Assembly (NCBI GenBank): GCA_963762485.1
Contig: CAVXLE010000004.1
Coordinates: 112,483 to 176,482 of the forward strand
Length of the DNA: 64,000 bases
Reading direction: 5' to 3'
From: an uncultured Pseudomonadota bacterium
GTDB taxonomy: Bacteria > Pseudomonadota > Alphaproteobacteria > Rhizobiales > Xanthobacteraceae
Of this stretch, positions 1 to 9,680 are shown in pieces. Both the position numbers and the translations under genes were made by a program. The notes under the pieces were generated by a model that worked only from the letters and a program-made list of their open reading frames with translations, made no database searches and was not told where the DNA came from. Position 1 is the first letter of the stretch. Every line of letters starts with the position of its first letter.

Positions 1-202
1 CGAACTCCAACGCGCTATGTCGACTTTTGTCGCGGTAGGCGGCTTCCCGTATTGAATAATCTATTGAATCTCAAAAATAATTCGTGTCCCCAACCTTACA
101 AAAGTTTAATCCTGCCGACAGGACGCTGTAAGGCTCGTCGCCCCATCTTCAGGTTCGAAACAACGCGTACGCGCGTCAACGAGTTCCGATGGAGATTGCC
201 TG

Positions 203-1744
203 ATGAACCCGAGCGTCATTCCCGTTGCTGATACTGCCAAGAGATCGGGCGTGCTCTCGGCCCGCCGCCTCGTCCTTCTCACCACCACCATCGTTAGCCT
301 CGGTGCCGCGGCGCTTGTGATTGCCCCTGGCCTCAATCTGCATAGTGGCTATCCGGCGGCAATCGCGCAGAACCTTTCCGAGCAGGCGCACAAACTACAG
401 GCTCCGGTTGGCTTTGCCGATATCGTCGAGAAGGTCAAACCAGCCGTGATCTCGGTCCGCGTCAAAGTTGACGGCGGGTCGGAAACCAATGGGCTGAGCG
501 GCAACGACGTTCCCCCGGGACTACGTGAATTCTTCCGCCGGTTCGGAATGCCTGATGTTCCAAATGGACTGCAAGGCATGCCTCATGGTCGCAATGTTAT
601 TACCGGCCAGGGTTCTGGCTTCTTCATCTCCGCGGATGGCTATGCGGTGACCAACAATCACGTGGTGGAGAAGGCGGAGAGCGTTCAGATCACGACCGAT
701 GATGGAAAAATCCACAAAGCCAAGGTTATCGGCACGGATTCGCGCACCGACCTCGCGCTGATTAAGGTCGAGGATGGACCGTTCCCGTACGTAAAGCTTT
801 CGGATAAAGCGCCACGCATTGGCGACTGGGTCCTTGCCGTCGGCAATCCGTTCGGGCTTGGCGGCACCGTCACTGCGGGCATTGTTTCGGCACGCGGCCG
901 CGACATCGGCGCAAGTGCTTATGATGATTTCATCCAGATCGACGCGCCGGTCAACAAAGGTAACTCCGGCGGTCCGACCTTCGACACCGAAGGTAATGTG
1001 ATTGGCGTCAACACCGCGATCTTCTCGCCATCGGGAGGCTCGGTCGGTATTGCCTTTGCCATCCCGTCCGACACCGTCGGCAGCGTTATTGCCCAGCTCA
1101 AGGAGCATGGTTCAGTCACGCGTGGCTGGATTGGTGTCCAGATCCAACCGGTGACGCCGGATATCGCCGACAGCCTCGGCCTCAAGAAAGCCGAAGGAGC
1201 GTTGGTTGCCGAGCCTCAGGCCAACAGCCCGGCGCAAAAGGCCGGTATCGAAGCCGGTGATGTCATCACTTCAGTAGATGGCAAGGAGGTCAAGGATGCC
1301 CGCGATCTCGCCAAGAAGATTGGTGCGATGGCGCCCAAGACCTCGGTGAAACTGACGGTTCTGCACAAAGGCACAGAGAAGGCGCTGACCCTGACATTGG
1401 GTGAATTGCCGAATGCCAAGGAGGCGCGCGCAAGTGCCGGAGATAGCGACGGCGGTGCGGATGTCGGCAAGCTTGGCCTTACGCTTGCCCCGGCAGCGCG
1501 TGTCGCCGGTGCCGGTGCCGAGGGTGTCGTCGTTACCGGTGTCGAATCGGGCGGCGTCGCTGCCGACCATGGCTTCTCCACCGGAGACGTCATTCTCGAG
1601 ATTGCCGGCAAATCCGTTTCAACGCCCGCAGACGTGAACAATGTTGTCGCCAGCGCGCGAACTGACGGCAAGCGCAGCGTGTTGGTCCGCGTGAAGAAAG
1701 GTGACAACACACGCTTCGTTGCCCTGCCTCTTGGGCGCGGCTGA
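203..1744 (+). CDS. degP: Do/DegP (HtrA) family periplasmic serine endoprotease with two PDZ domains
   Basis: TNNHVV (His), DLALIK (Asp) and GNSGGP (Ser) triad motifs; N-terminal hydrophobic segment; two PDZ-like domains; GGAG upstream of ATG. Confidence 0.93.
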   Translation: MNPSVIPVADTAKRSGVLSARRLVLLTTTIVSLGAAALVIAPGLNLHSGYPAAIAQNLSEQAHKLQAPVGFADIVEKVKPAVISVRVKVDGGSETNGLSGNDVPPGLREFFRRFGMPDVPNGLQGMPHGRNVITGQGSGFFISADGYAVTNNHVVEKAESVQITTDDGKIHKAKVIGTDSRTDLALIKVEDGPFPYVKLSDKAPRIGDWVLAVGNPFGLGGTVTAGIVSARGRDIGASAYDDFIQIDAPVNKGNSGGPTFDTEGNVIGVNTAIFSPSGGSVGIAFAIPSDTVGSVIAQLKEHGSVTRGWIGVQIQPVTPDIADSLGLKKAEGALVAEPQANSPAQKAGIEAGDVITSVDGKEVKDARDLAKKIGAMAPKTSVKLTVLHKGTEKALTLTLGELPNAKEARASAGDSDGGADVGKLGLTLAPAARVAGAGAEGVVVTGVESGGVAADHGFSTGDVILEIAGKSVSTPADVNNVVASARTDGKRSVLVRVKKGDNTRFVALPLGRG

Positions 1745-1763
1745 CACGAGTTTTGGGGACGTC

Positions 1764-1953
1764 CCACCGGCATCCGTCGCCCCCGCCGGTGGTCCGACCT
1801 CAACGGGGCGGGCGTCACGCCCGTCCCGGCAAATTCCGGAGCTGCCGCGCAACAGATGGCGCGATCCGCTTTCGATCGGAGCTCCAACCCTGGCATCCGT
1901 CGCCCCCGCCGGGGTGGGGTCGTTGAGGGGGTGGCGGTTTCCGCCACCCCCTC
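1764..1953 (+). ncRNA. Candidate structured RNA: two hairpins with the identical loop ATCCGTCGCCCCC, each followed by a GC-rich hairpin
   Basis: Stems 1764-1771/1785-1792 and 1887-1894/1908-1915 enclose identical 13-nt loops; further hairpins at 1805-1827 and 1925-1953 (perfect 13-bp stem). Confidence 0.45.
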
Positions 1954-2093
1954 GCGTACTGCGGGGCTGCCGGGTGGGGGCATTGACCCTGCCACCGAAA
2001 TGTCTGGAATTGGTGTGACCGATGCCCACTTATGCGGATATTAACGGGCAGCGCCCCTTTGGTCGGGTGGCCGTACAACCGGATCGGGTCACT

Positions 2094-2774
2094 ATGCGCC
2101 TTTTGGTCATTGAGGACGACCGCGACGCCGCCGACTATCTCGTCAAAGCGTTTCGCGAGGTCGGCCACGTTGCTGACGCCGCTACCGATGGCGATGACGG
2201 GCTGGCCATGGCGCTCGACGGTCAGTACGACGTGTTGATCGTCGATCGAATGCTGCCCAAGCGGGACGGTTTGGCGGTGATCGGCGCTCTAAGGGCAAAG
2301 GGCTTGGGGACGCCAGCTCTAATCCTTTCCGCGCTTGGGCAGGTCGATGACCGGGTCAAAGGGTTGCGAGCCGGAGGGGACGACTATCTACCCAAGCCTT
2401 ATTCATTCTCTGAGTTGCTGGCGCGCGTCGAGGTGCTGGCGCGCCGTCGCGTCGGTCGCAGCGAAGAAACCGTTCTGCGGGTCGGCGACCTCGAGCTTGA
2501 CCGGCTTTCGCACCAGGTGCATCGAGGCAAGGACGAGATTTCTCTTCAACCGCGCGAGTTCCGCCTTCTGGAGTACCTGATGCAGCACGCCGGGCAGGTG
2601 GTTACCCGCACCATGTTGCTGGAGAACGTGTGGGACTATCATTTTGACCCGCAAACCAACGTGATTGATGTCCATATCTCGCGCTTGCGCTCGAAAATCG
2701 ATAAAGGTTTCTCCCAGCCGCTTTTGCACACGGTCCGCGGCGCGGGATATATGATACGTGACGGCGCTCGGTAA
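2094..2774 (+). CDS. OmpR-family response regulator (CpxR/CusR-like)
   Basis: MRLLVIEDD receiver start (ATG 2094 preferred over 2022); DRMLP phosphoacceptor; DDYLPKPY; winged-helix TVRGAGY. Confidence 0.93.
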   Translation: MRLLVIEDDRDAADYLVKAFREVGHVADAATDGDDGLAMALDGQYDVLIVDRMLPKRDGLAVIGALRAKGLGTPALILSALGQVDDRVKGLRAGGDDYLPKPYSFSELLARVEVLARRRVGRSEETVLRVGDLELDRLSHQVHRGKDEISLQPREFRLLEYLMQHAGQVVTRTMLLENVWDYHFDPQTNVIDVHISRLRSKIDKGFSQPLLHTVRGAGYMIRDGAR

Positions 2775-4191
2775 ACTTTTTCGTACGACCACTTTCAAGC
2801 TCACGCTGGTCTATTTGACCGTGTTTGCGTTATTTGCCGCATTCTTACTTGGCTATTTCGCTCTGAATACGCGCCGTCTAATTACCGAACAGATTACCGA
2901 CACCGTCAATGCCGAGATTACCGGATTGTCCGAGCAATATCGCCTTGGCGGTATTCGGCGTTTGGTGGTCGTTGTCGACGCGCGTGCCAGACGTCCCGGC
3001 TCAAGCCTATACCTCGTCACCACCTTTGCGGGCGAATCACTTGCGGGGAATGTCACGGCGTTGCCCCCGGGGACTCTCGACAATCCGGGCTGGACTGAAA
3101 CCGCTTATCGCCGACTTGATGAGTTTGACGCGGCTGAACATCCCGAGCATCCCGAGCATCACGCCTTGGTGCGCGTCTTTCAGTTGCCAGGCGGCTTTCG
3201 GCTGCTGGTAGGGCGCGACCTCGACGAACGCGAGCGCCTGTATAACATCGTCCTGTCCGCCGGGCGTTGGTCGATTGCCATCGTGATTGTGCTCGGGCTC
3301 GCCGGCGGGCTTTTCGTCACCCGCCGTGTACTGCGTCGCGTTGACGCCATGACGGAAACAACTCGCACGATTATGCACGGCGACTTGGGCGGCCGCTTAC
3401 CCGTTGCCGGAACCGGTGATGAGCTAGACCGTCTGGCCGAAAACCTCAATGTCATGCTGGAGCGCATTGAGGCGTTGATGCGCGGGTTGAAGGAAGTCTC
3501 CGACAACATTGCCCATGATCTCAAGACGCCACTCACGCGGCTGCGCAATCGCGCTGAGCAAGCGCTGCGCTCCGCCCAAAGCGATAGCGAATATCGCGCG
3601 GCGCTGGAAAGTACGATCGAAGAATCAGATGGTCTGATTCGCACTTTCAACGCGCTGCTCATGATTGCGCGTGCGGAGTCAGGTCAGGCACGTGACGACA
3701 TGAGCGAGTTCGATGCCGCAGAGATTGCTCACGATATTGGCGAGCTATACGAGCCGTTGGCGGAGGAAAAAGGAATTATCCTGAAAGTGGAAGCGGACAA
3801 GCCGGCACCACTTAAAGGTAATCGTGAGCTTATCAGTCAGGCGCTCGCCAATTTGGTCGACAATTCCATTAAATATGCGGTACCAGATGGCGAGACGGCC
3901 AATGGCGCACCGACTCGGATCGTAGTGCGTGCGCTCAGTGAGGGCGATCGTATTCTGTTGACCGTGTCCGACAGCGGACCGGGCATCCCCGAAGCTGATC
4001 GTAGCCGTGCGGTCGAAAGGTTCGTCCGGCTGGAGCAAAGCCGGTCACAGCCGGGTTCCGGGCTTGGTCTGAGCCTCGCCTCAGCGGTGGCGCGGCTGCA
4101 TGGCGGCGAATTGACGCTTGCTGATAACCAGCCCGGGCTCAAAAGCATCATTGCCTTGCCGAGGGGAGGGCCGGTACAGAGTGCGGGATGA
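2758..4191 (+). CDS. HAMP-domain sensor histidine kinase, cognate of the upstream regulator
   Basis: Two TM segments, HAMP, H-box IAHDLKTPL, N-box NLVDNSIKY, DSGPGI and GSGLGL; overlaps the regulator stop. Confidence 0.93.
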   Translation: MTALGKLFRTTTFKLTLVYLTVFALFAAFLLGYFALNTRRLITEQITDTVNAEITGLSEQYRLGGIRRLVVVVDARARRPGSSLYLVTTFAGESLAGNVTALPPGTLDNPGWTETAYRRLDEFDAAEHPEHPEHHALVRVFQLPGGFRLLVGRDLDERERLYNIVLSAGRWSIAIVIVLGLAGGLFVTRRVLRRVDAMTETTRTIMHGDLGGRLPVAGTGDELDRLAENLNVMLERIEALMRGLKEVSDNIAHDLKTPLTRLRNRAEQALRSAQSDSEYRAALESTIEESDGLIRTFNALLMIARAESGQARDDMSEFDAAEIAHDIGELYEPLAEEKGIILKVEADKPAPLKGNRELISQALANLVDNSIKYAVPDGETANGAPTRIVVRALSEGDRILLTVSDSGPGIPEADRSRAVERFVRLEQSRSQPGSGLGLSLASAVARLHGGELTLADNQPGLKSIIALPRGGPVQSAG

Positions 4192-7100
4192 GGCCGCCCG
4201 CAAGACGCAAGGCTTCCCTGAAACCGGCCGTCCGCAGGGGCAGTGCTGGCACCGACTTTAAAGGTGCGACGCTGGCCGAGCGGATCGCGACCGCGCCGAG
4301 GCTTGTTGACCCGAACGCTGCGCGCATCCGGGTTGCCGATTGGCTAGCCGGTCTTGCGCCGGGGGAGGCAAAGCCACTCAGGGCACTGCTCGCGGCCAGA
4401 CCAATTGTCAGCACGCTATTAGAAAGCCTTGGTGAAAGCTCTCCTTACCTCTGGGAGCTGGCGAGCCGTGAGCCCGACCGGTTACTTCGGTTACTTCGGG
4501 CAAATCCAGACCAGCATCTCACAACTCTTTTGGCCGAGCACGGTAGGGCCGCTGCCTTGAGTAACGAAGAAGCTGACGCGATGCGTTTGCTCCGTCGTAT
4601 GAAGGCAGAGGCTGCGCTACTCATCGCGTTGGCGGATATCGGCGGGGTGTGGCCGGTGATGCAGGCTGCGCGCGCGCTCACCGACTTGGCAGACACGGCG
4701 GTCGATAGCGCTGTTCGCTTCATCCTCGCCGAGGCTGCACGCGCAGGGCGGCTAATACCGAAGGACAAATCCCAGCCACAAGCGGGGAGCGGCTATATTG
4801 TTCTGGCGATGGGCAAGATGGGCGCATTCGAGCTTAATTACTCGAGCGACATTGATCTCATCGTGCTTTACGAACCAACGGCACCGGCGCTACCGGCTGA
4901 CGCGGAACCATCGACACTTTACGTTCGAATTACCCAGCGGTTGGTGAAGTTGCTGCAGGAGCGCACCGCCGACGGCTACGTCTTTCGCACAGACCTGCGC
5001 CTGCGCCCCGATCCAGCCTCGACTGCAATCGCAATTTCTACGCCGGCGGCTGTCTCATACTATGAAAGCGCAGGGCAAAATTGGGAGCGTGCCGCCATGA
5101 TCAAAGCACGCGCATGCGCGGGAGATATTGCCGCCGGGGAAATAATCCTCAACGAGCTCGCGCCGTTCGTTTGGCGGAAATATCTCGACTTTGCCGCAGT
5201 CAGCGACGTGCATGCGATGAAACGGCAAATTAATGCCTATCGTGGCCATGGCGATATTGCGGTCGAAGGGCACAATATCAAGCTCGGCCGAGGCGGGATC
5301 CGCGAAATAGAGTTCTTCGCGCAGACCCAGCAATTAATTGCCGGGGGCCGAAATCCAGGCCTGCGCGACCGCGACACGCTTACAACGCTCGATAAACTTC
5401 GCGAGGACAAATGGATCGACGTAGCCGCACGCGATGCCATGAAAGATGCTTATTGCTTCCTGCGTGTGGTCGAACACCGTCTGCAGATGGTCAATGACGA
5501 ACAGACGCAAACGTTGCCGGCAGAGAGAGTGGACCTTGAACGCTTTGCGCGCTTTCTCGGCTTTGCCGATCGCGACGACTTTGCCAAGGTTCTGGTCGGC
5601 CACCTCGACAAGGTACAACACTATTACGCCCGCTTATTTGAAAAGGCGCCGGATGCCGACCGGCCGGCGCTGGCATTCCCACCCGACGCGGACGACCATA
5701 AGACGCTCGATCGTCTTTCCGATCTCGGCTTCAAGACTCCACTAGAGGCTTCCGGCATCGTCCGCCGTTGGCTTGCTGGCGGACATCGCTCACTCAAAGG
5801 CGAGGCGGCGCGCGGCCACCTTGAGGCGTTTTTGCCGGCGCTGCTGGAGCACGTGGCGCGCACAGATAACGCGAGCGCCACATTGGTACTATTCGATCAT
5901 TTCCTCGCGAACCTGCATGGCGCGGCGCGGCTGTTGTCTCTGCTTCGCCAGAATCCTGAGTTTATTGCGCTGATTACCTTGGTGCTTGGCATTGCGCCGC
6001 GACTTGGCGATACGCTGGCGCGCAATCCCGAGGTAATGGACGCGCTGGTCGATCCGAGTTTTTTTGGAGCCCTTCCGGACGAGGACGAACTTGGACGACG
6101 GCTCGATGTGGCGCTGACGCAAGCGCGATACGACGAAGACTTGCTCGAACGCATTCGTATGTTCGGGCTGGAGTACATGTTCTTGATCGGTGTACGCATC
6201 CTGTCTGGAACGGTGACGGCGCGTCAGGCAGGGGAGGCGTTTGCGCGGATCGCCGATGCGGTGATACGGGCTGTAGCTCGCGCGGTTGCGGATAGTTTTG
6301 CTACGACCTATGGCCATCTGCGTGGGGAAGAGGCCGCAATTATGGCGATGGGCAAGCTCGGCGGCTATGAAATGACGGCGACCTCAGATCTCGATCTGAT
6401 TCTGGTCTACGACTTTGACGACGAGACCCCGGAGTCCAATGGTCCGCGGTCGCTCTACGGTGCGCAATATTTTGCGCGACTGACCCAACGTTTGATCAAT
6501 GCACTGACTGCGCAGACCAATTACGGTGCGCTTTATCAGGTCGACATGCGCCTACGGCCGTCCGGTCGCGCCGGGCCATTGGCTACACGGCTCAACGGCT
6601 TTGCCGAATACCAAGAAAGCGAAGCCTGGACTTGGGAACACATGGCGCTTACCCGCGCACGGGTAGTCTCGGCTTCGCCTGCTTTCAGGCAGCGGGTCGA
6701 GCGCGTCGTCCGCGATATCCTGTGCCGCCCGCGTGACGCCAAAATGATCGCCGGCGACGTGGTCGAGATGCGCGCGGCCATCGCCAAGGAAAAAGGCGAC
6801 CGTGATCGCTGGGATCTCAAATACGCATCGGGCGGACTGGTCGATATCGAGTTTATTGCCCAATATCTTCAACTTGTTCATGCCCATCGGCTGCCTGATA
6901 TTCTCGATACGTCGACAGCTCGCGTTCTTGAAAAGGCCTTGTCTCTGCGCGTGCTGGCGGTGGAAGATGCGGAAATCCTGCGTACGGCGGTTCAGCTCTA
7001 TCACGACCTCACGCAGATCCTGCGCCTCTGTTTGCCAGGTGCGTTTGATCCCAAGACCGCGGGCGCTGGGCTCTTGCGCTTGTTGGCGCGTGCGGCTGAC

Positions 7101-7193
7101 GTGCCCGATTTTGTAACCCTCGACGCGACATTGATGGACATGCAAACGAAGGTGCGCGAGAGCTTTGTGCGTATTTTGGGGAATGCGCCTTAG
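4188..7193 (+). CDS. glnE: Bifunctional glutamine synthetase adenylyltransferase/adenylyl-removing enzyme
   Basis: Two nucleotidyltransferase halves (MGKMGAFELNYSSDIDL and MGKLGGYEMTATSDLDL); DLRLRP/DMRLRP; IKLGRGGIREIEF. Confidence 0.95.
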   Translation: MRPPARRKASLKPAVRRGSAGTDFKGATLAERIATAPRLVDPNAARIRVADWLAGLAPGEAKPLRALLAARPIVSTLLESLGESSPYLWELASREPDRLLRLLRANPDQHLTTLLAEHGRAAALSNEEADAMRLLRRMKAEAALLIALADIGGVWPVMQAARALTDLADTAVDSAVRFILAEAARAGRLIPKDKSQPQAGSGYIVLAMGKMGAFELNYSSDIDLIVLYEPTAPALPADAEPSTLYVRITQRLVKLLQERTADGYVFRTDLRLRPDPASTAIAISTPAAVSYYESAGQNWERAAMIKARACAGDIAAGEIILNELAPFVWRKYLDFAAVSDVHAMKRQINAYRGHGDIAVEGHNIKLGRGGIREIEFFAQTQQLIAGGRNPGLRDRDTLTTLDKLREDKWIDVAARDAMKDAYCFLRVVEHRLQMVNDEQTQTLPAERVDLERFARFLGFADRDDFAKVLVGHLDKVQHYYARLFEKAPDADRPALAFPPDADDHKTLDRLSDLGFKTPLEASGIVRRWLAGGHRSLKGEAARGHLEAFLPALLEHVARTDNASATLVLFDHFLANLHGAARLLSLLRQNPEFIALITLVLGIAPRLGDTLARNPEVMDALVDPSFFGALPDEDELGRRLDVALTQARYDEDLLERIRMFGLEYMFLIGVRILSGTVTARQAGEAFARIADAVIRAVARAVADSFATTYGHLRGEEAAIMAMGKLGGYEMTATSDLDLILVYDFDDETPESNGPRSLYGAQYFARLTQRLINALTAQTNYGALYQVDMRLRPSGRAGPLATRLNGFAEYQESEAWTWEHMALTRARVVSASPAFRQRVERVVRDILCRPRDAKMIAGDVVEMRAAIAKEKGDRDRWDLKYASGGLVDIEFIAQYLQLVHAHRLPDILDTSTARVLEKALSLRVLAVEDAEILRTAVQLYHDLTQILRLCLPGAFDPKTAGAGLLRLLARAADVPDFVTLDATLMDMQTKVRESFVRILGNAP

Positions 7194-7200
7194 CGACGGT

Positions 7201-9495
7201 CTACGCGGCTTCGTCCTTGGGCAGCACACATTGAGGCTCCAGCGGCAAGCGAACCACCACCAGCGTACCTTTGCCGAGCGTTGAGCGGATGCGCATGCGG
7301 CCACCGTGCAGCTCGACCAGCGATTTGGAGATTGCGAGCCCCAGACCAGAGCCTTGATGACTCTTGGTGAGCTGGCTTTCGACCTGTTCGAACGGACGCC
7401 CAAGTCGGGTGAGCGCATCCCTGGCGATGCCAATGCCGGTATCGGCGATGGCGAGCGTTATGCAATGGTCGGTAGCTCGTCCACGCACGGTAATACGGCC
7501 ACCCGCAGGAGTGAACTTAACGGCGTTGGAGAGCAAATTAAGCGCGATTTGCTTGAGCGCACGGCGGTCAGCCCGAAGCCTCAGCTCAGGTGATATGCGT
7601 GCCATTAGTTGCAACTGCTTGTCCTGTGCCCGCGCCCCAACGACGCGCATGGCTTCGTTGAGTAGGGTATCGAGACTGAGATCCTCGAAATCGAGTCGGA
7701 TGCGACCAGCCTCGATCTTCGACATATCCAGAATGTCGTTGATGACCTCAAGCAGATACTGCCCACTGCCGCGAATATCGTTGCAATATTCGTGATATTT
7801 TTCGGCTCCGAGCGGGCCAAACATGCCCGACTCCATGATCTCGGAAAATCCGATGATGGCGTTCAGTGGCGTGCGCAACTCGTGGCTCATATTGGCGAGG
7901 AATTTAGATTTCGCCTGGTTCGCCTCTTCGGCGCGGGTTTTTTCCTCGGCATATTTCTCGGCGAGCTCGGCGGAACGCTGCTGCGAGGCACGCAAATCGG
8001 CAACCGTCGCCATCAAGCGCTTCTCGCTGTCGATCAGCTTTTCCTCGTGAGTCTTTAGTGCGGTGATGTCGGTGCCAACCGAGACATAGCCGCCATCCTT
8101 GGTACGTCTTTCGCTAATGTGGAGCCAGCGGCCGTCTTCGAGCTGCGCTTCAAACGTGCGCGCGCCGGGAATACTGGGACCGGTGGAGACAATCTTGTTG
8201 CGCACCACCGGCTTACTGCCAGCCGCAACGATGGATTCATATGACGCCCCGACAATGATTGCCTCGTCGGGCAGACGATGCAGTTCCTGAAAGTTCGAAT
8301 TGCAGAGCACGAGACGATTGTCTGCGTCCCACAGTACGAAGGCCTCGGGGATTGTCTCAATCGCATCGCGCAGCCGCATGTCGGCAGCGACGGTTTTCTC
8401 CACCAAGCTTTTCTGTTCTGTAATATCGACGGCAATGCCAATAAGGTGCAAGCCAGGCTCGCCGGGCTGGTGCACCAACTCGCAGCGCGCGCGCAGCCAT
8501 ACCCAATGGCCGGTGGCATGGCGCATGCGGAACGCGTGATCGATCGTGGTTGCCACGGCGTCAGCCAGTTCGGCCGCAAGTTCATATAGCCGTACATCGT
8601 CGGGATGGACCAGTGCATTAACGTCGCCAAACGACAGCAGGTCGTCCTTGGCTTCCAATCCAAGTATTTCGAACATGGATTGCGACCAGAAAATGCGGCC
8701 GCGGGCAAGATCCCAGTCCCATAGTCCGCAGCGACCTCGGTTGAGCGCGGTATCGATGCGGCTGCGGACCGTTTCGTAGATTAGGTCCGCTTCCCGCGCC
8801 CGCGTCGCTTGCCAATGAAAGGCAAAGCCAAGGATAAGTACAACGAAGCCGGTGGTGGCTGAGAGTGTGGTCGTGAGGGTGGTCAACGATCGCCATATGG
8901 CCAAAGCGGCCTCACGCGACTGCACCACTGCGAATTGACCGAATGGCGCATTGAGCATTCGCACGGTAGCAAGCGCGCGCGTCGCATCTGGCAATGTGAT
9001 TTCCATAACGCCGGCGCCGGCGCCAAAAGTCGTGAGCGGCTGTGTTGGGCCTAGAAGATCAATGAGACGGCGGCCGATGGTTAAGTCAGCGGCGGGTGTC
9101 GCCGCCGTAACCACCCCGTCGGCATTAGTCAGGATAAACCGACGGCCTGGCGCTACGGCCCAGGAGGGCAGGACGCGCGCGAGAACTTGCTGCGGCTGCT
9201 CGATTGCGTCTGCAGGCCGTTTCAGCGGTCGGTGCAGACGTTCGGCTGCAAGGTCCGCGATCGCCTCAAGCGACGCGGCCTCGCTGGCAAGGGTCTGCCC
9301 GCGGTGGTCGAGCACCTGCACGAGGGCACCAACGCAGATGGTGGCGAGAAAGGCGATAATCAGGACCGGAACGGCTCGGCGGAGCAGCGGCTCGGCGTTC
9401 AGCAGCCGTCGATATGCCGGCTTGGCAATCGATTGCGCGAGGCCCTTAATAGAATCGGGATGTGCAGACGCACTCGCCAAGCCGGCGCGCGCCAT
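7201..9495 (-). CDS. pleC: PAS-domain sensor histidine kinase, PleC-type cell-cycle kinase/phosphatase
   Basis: N-terminus typical of rhizobial PleC; two TM, two PAS domains, FLANMSHELRTPLNAIIGFSE H-box, HATPase. Confidence 0.8.
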   Translation of the reverse strand: MARAGLASASAHPDSIKGLAQSIAKPAYRRLLNAEPLLRRAVPVLIIAFLATICVGALVQVLDHRGQTLASEAASLEAIADLAAERLHRPLKRPADAIEQPQQVLARVLPSWAVAPGRRFILTNADGVVTAATPAADLTIGRRLIDLLGPTQPLTTFGAGAGVMEITLPDATRALATVRMLNAPFGQFAVVQSREAALAIWRSLTTLTTTLSATTGFVVLILGFAFHWQATRAREADLIYETVRSRIDTALNRGRCGLWDWDLARGRIFWSQSMFEILGLEAKDDLLSFGDVNALVHPDDVRLYELAAELADAVATTIDHAFRMRHATGHWVWLRARCELVHQPGEPGLHLIGIAVDITEQKSLVEKTVAADMRLRDAIETIPEAFVLWDADNRLVLCNSNFQELHRLPDEAIIVGASYESIVAAGSKPVVRNKIVSTGPSIPGARTFEAQLEDGRWLHISERRTKDGGYVSVGTDITALKTHEEKLIDSEKRLMATVADLRASQQRSAELAEKYAEEKTRAEEANQAKSKFLANMSHELRTPLNAIIGFSEIMESGMFGPLGAEKYHEYCNDIRGSGQYLLEVINDILDMSKIEAGRIRLDFEDLSLDTLLNEAMRVVGARAQDKQLQLMARISPELRLRADRRALKQIALNLLSNAVKFTPAGGRITVRGRATDHCITLAIADTGIGIARDALTRLGRPFEQVESQLTKSHQGSGLGLAISKSLVELHGGRMRIRSTLGKGTLVVVRLPLEPQCVLPKDEAA

Positions 9496-9680
9496 AGACG
9501 GCCTCCGTTCGGAATTTTCCCTGTCACCCTCGAAACGGAAGGATGTGCCGCATCGCTTTCCGAATCACATGTTGATTGGAATCGATGCCCGTTGATTTGT
9601 CGAGGGTTTGAAGAGTCAAATGTTTAAAAATTGTTACCCACGGATACTTTTAGCAACACTGGTTGGCAGTCGCCGTGCTT

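Noticed and set aside
50-69. TATTGAAT direct repeat upstream of degP
   Set aside because: Could be a regulator site, but two 8-mers in an AT-rich promoter are not enough evidence.
4479-4499. CGGTTACTT tandem repeat in glnE
   Set aside because: In-frame RLLRLLR helix repeat; no sign of function.
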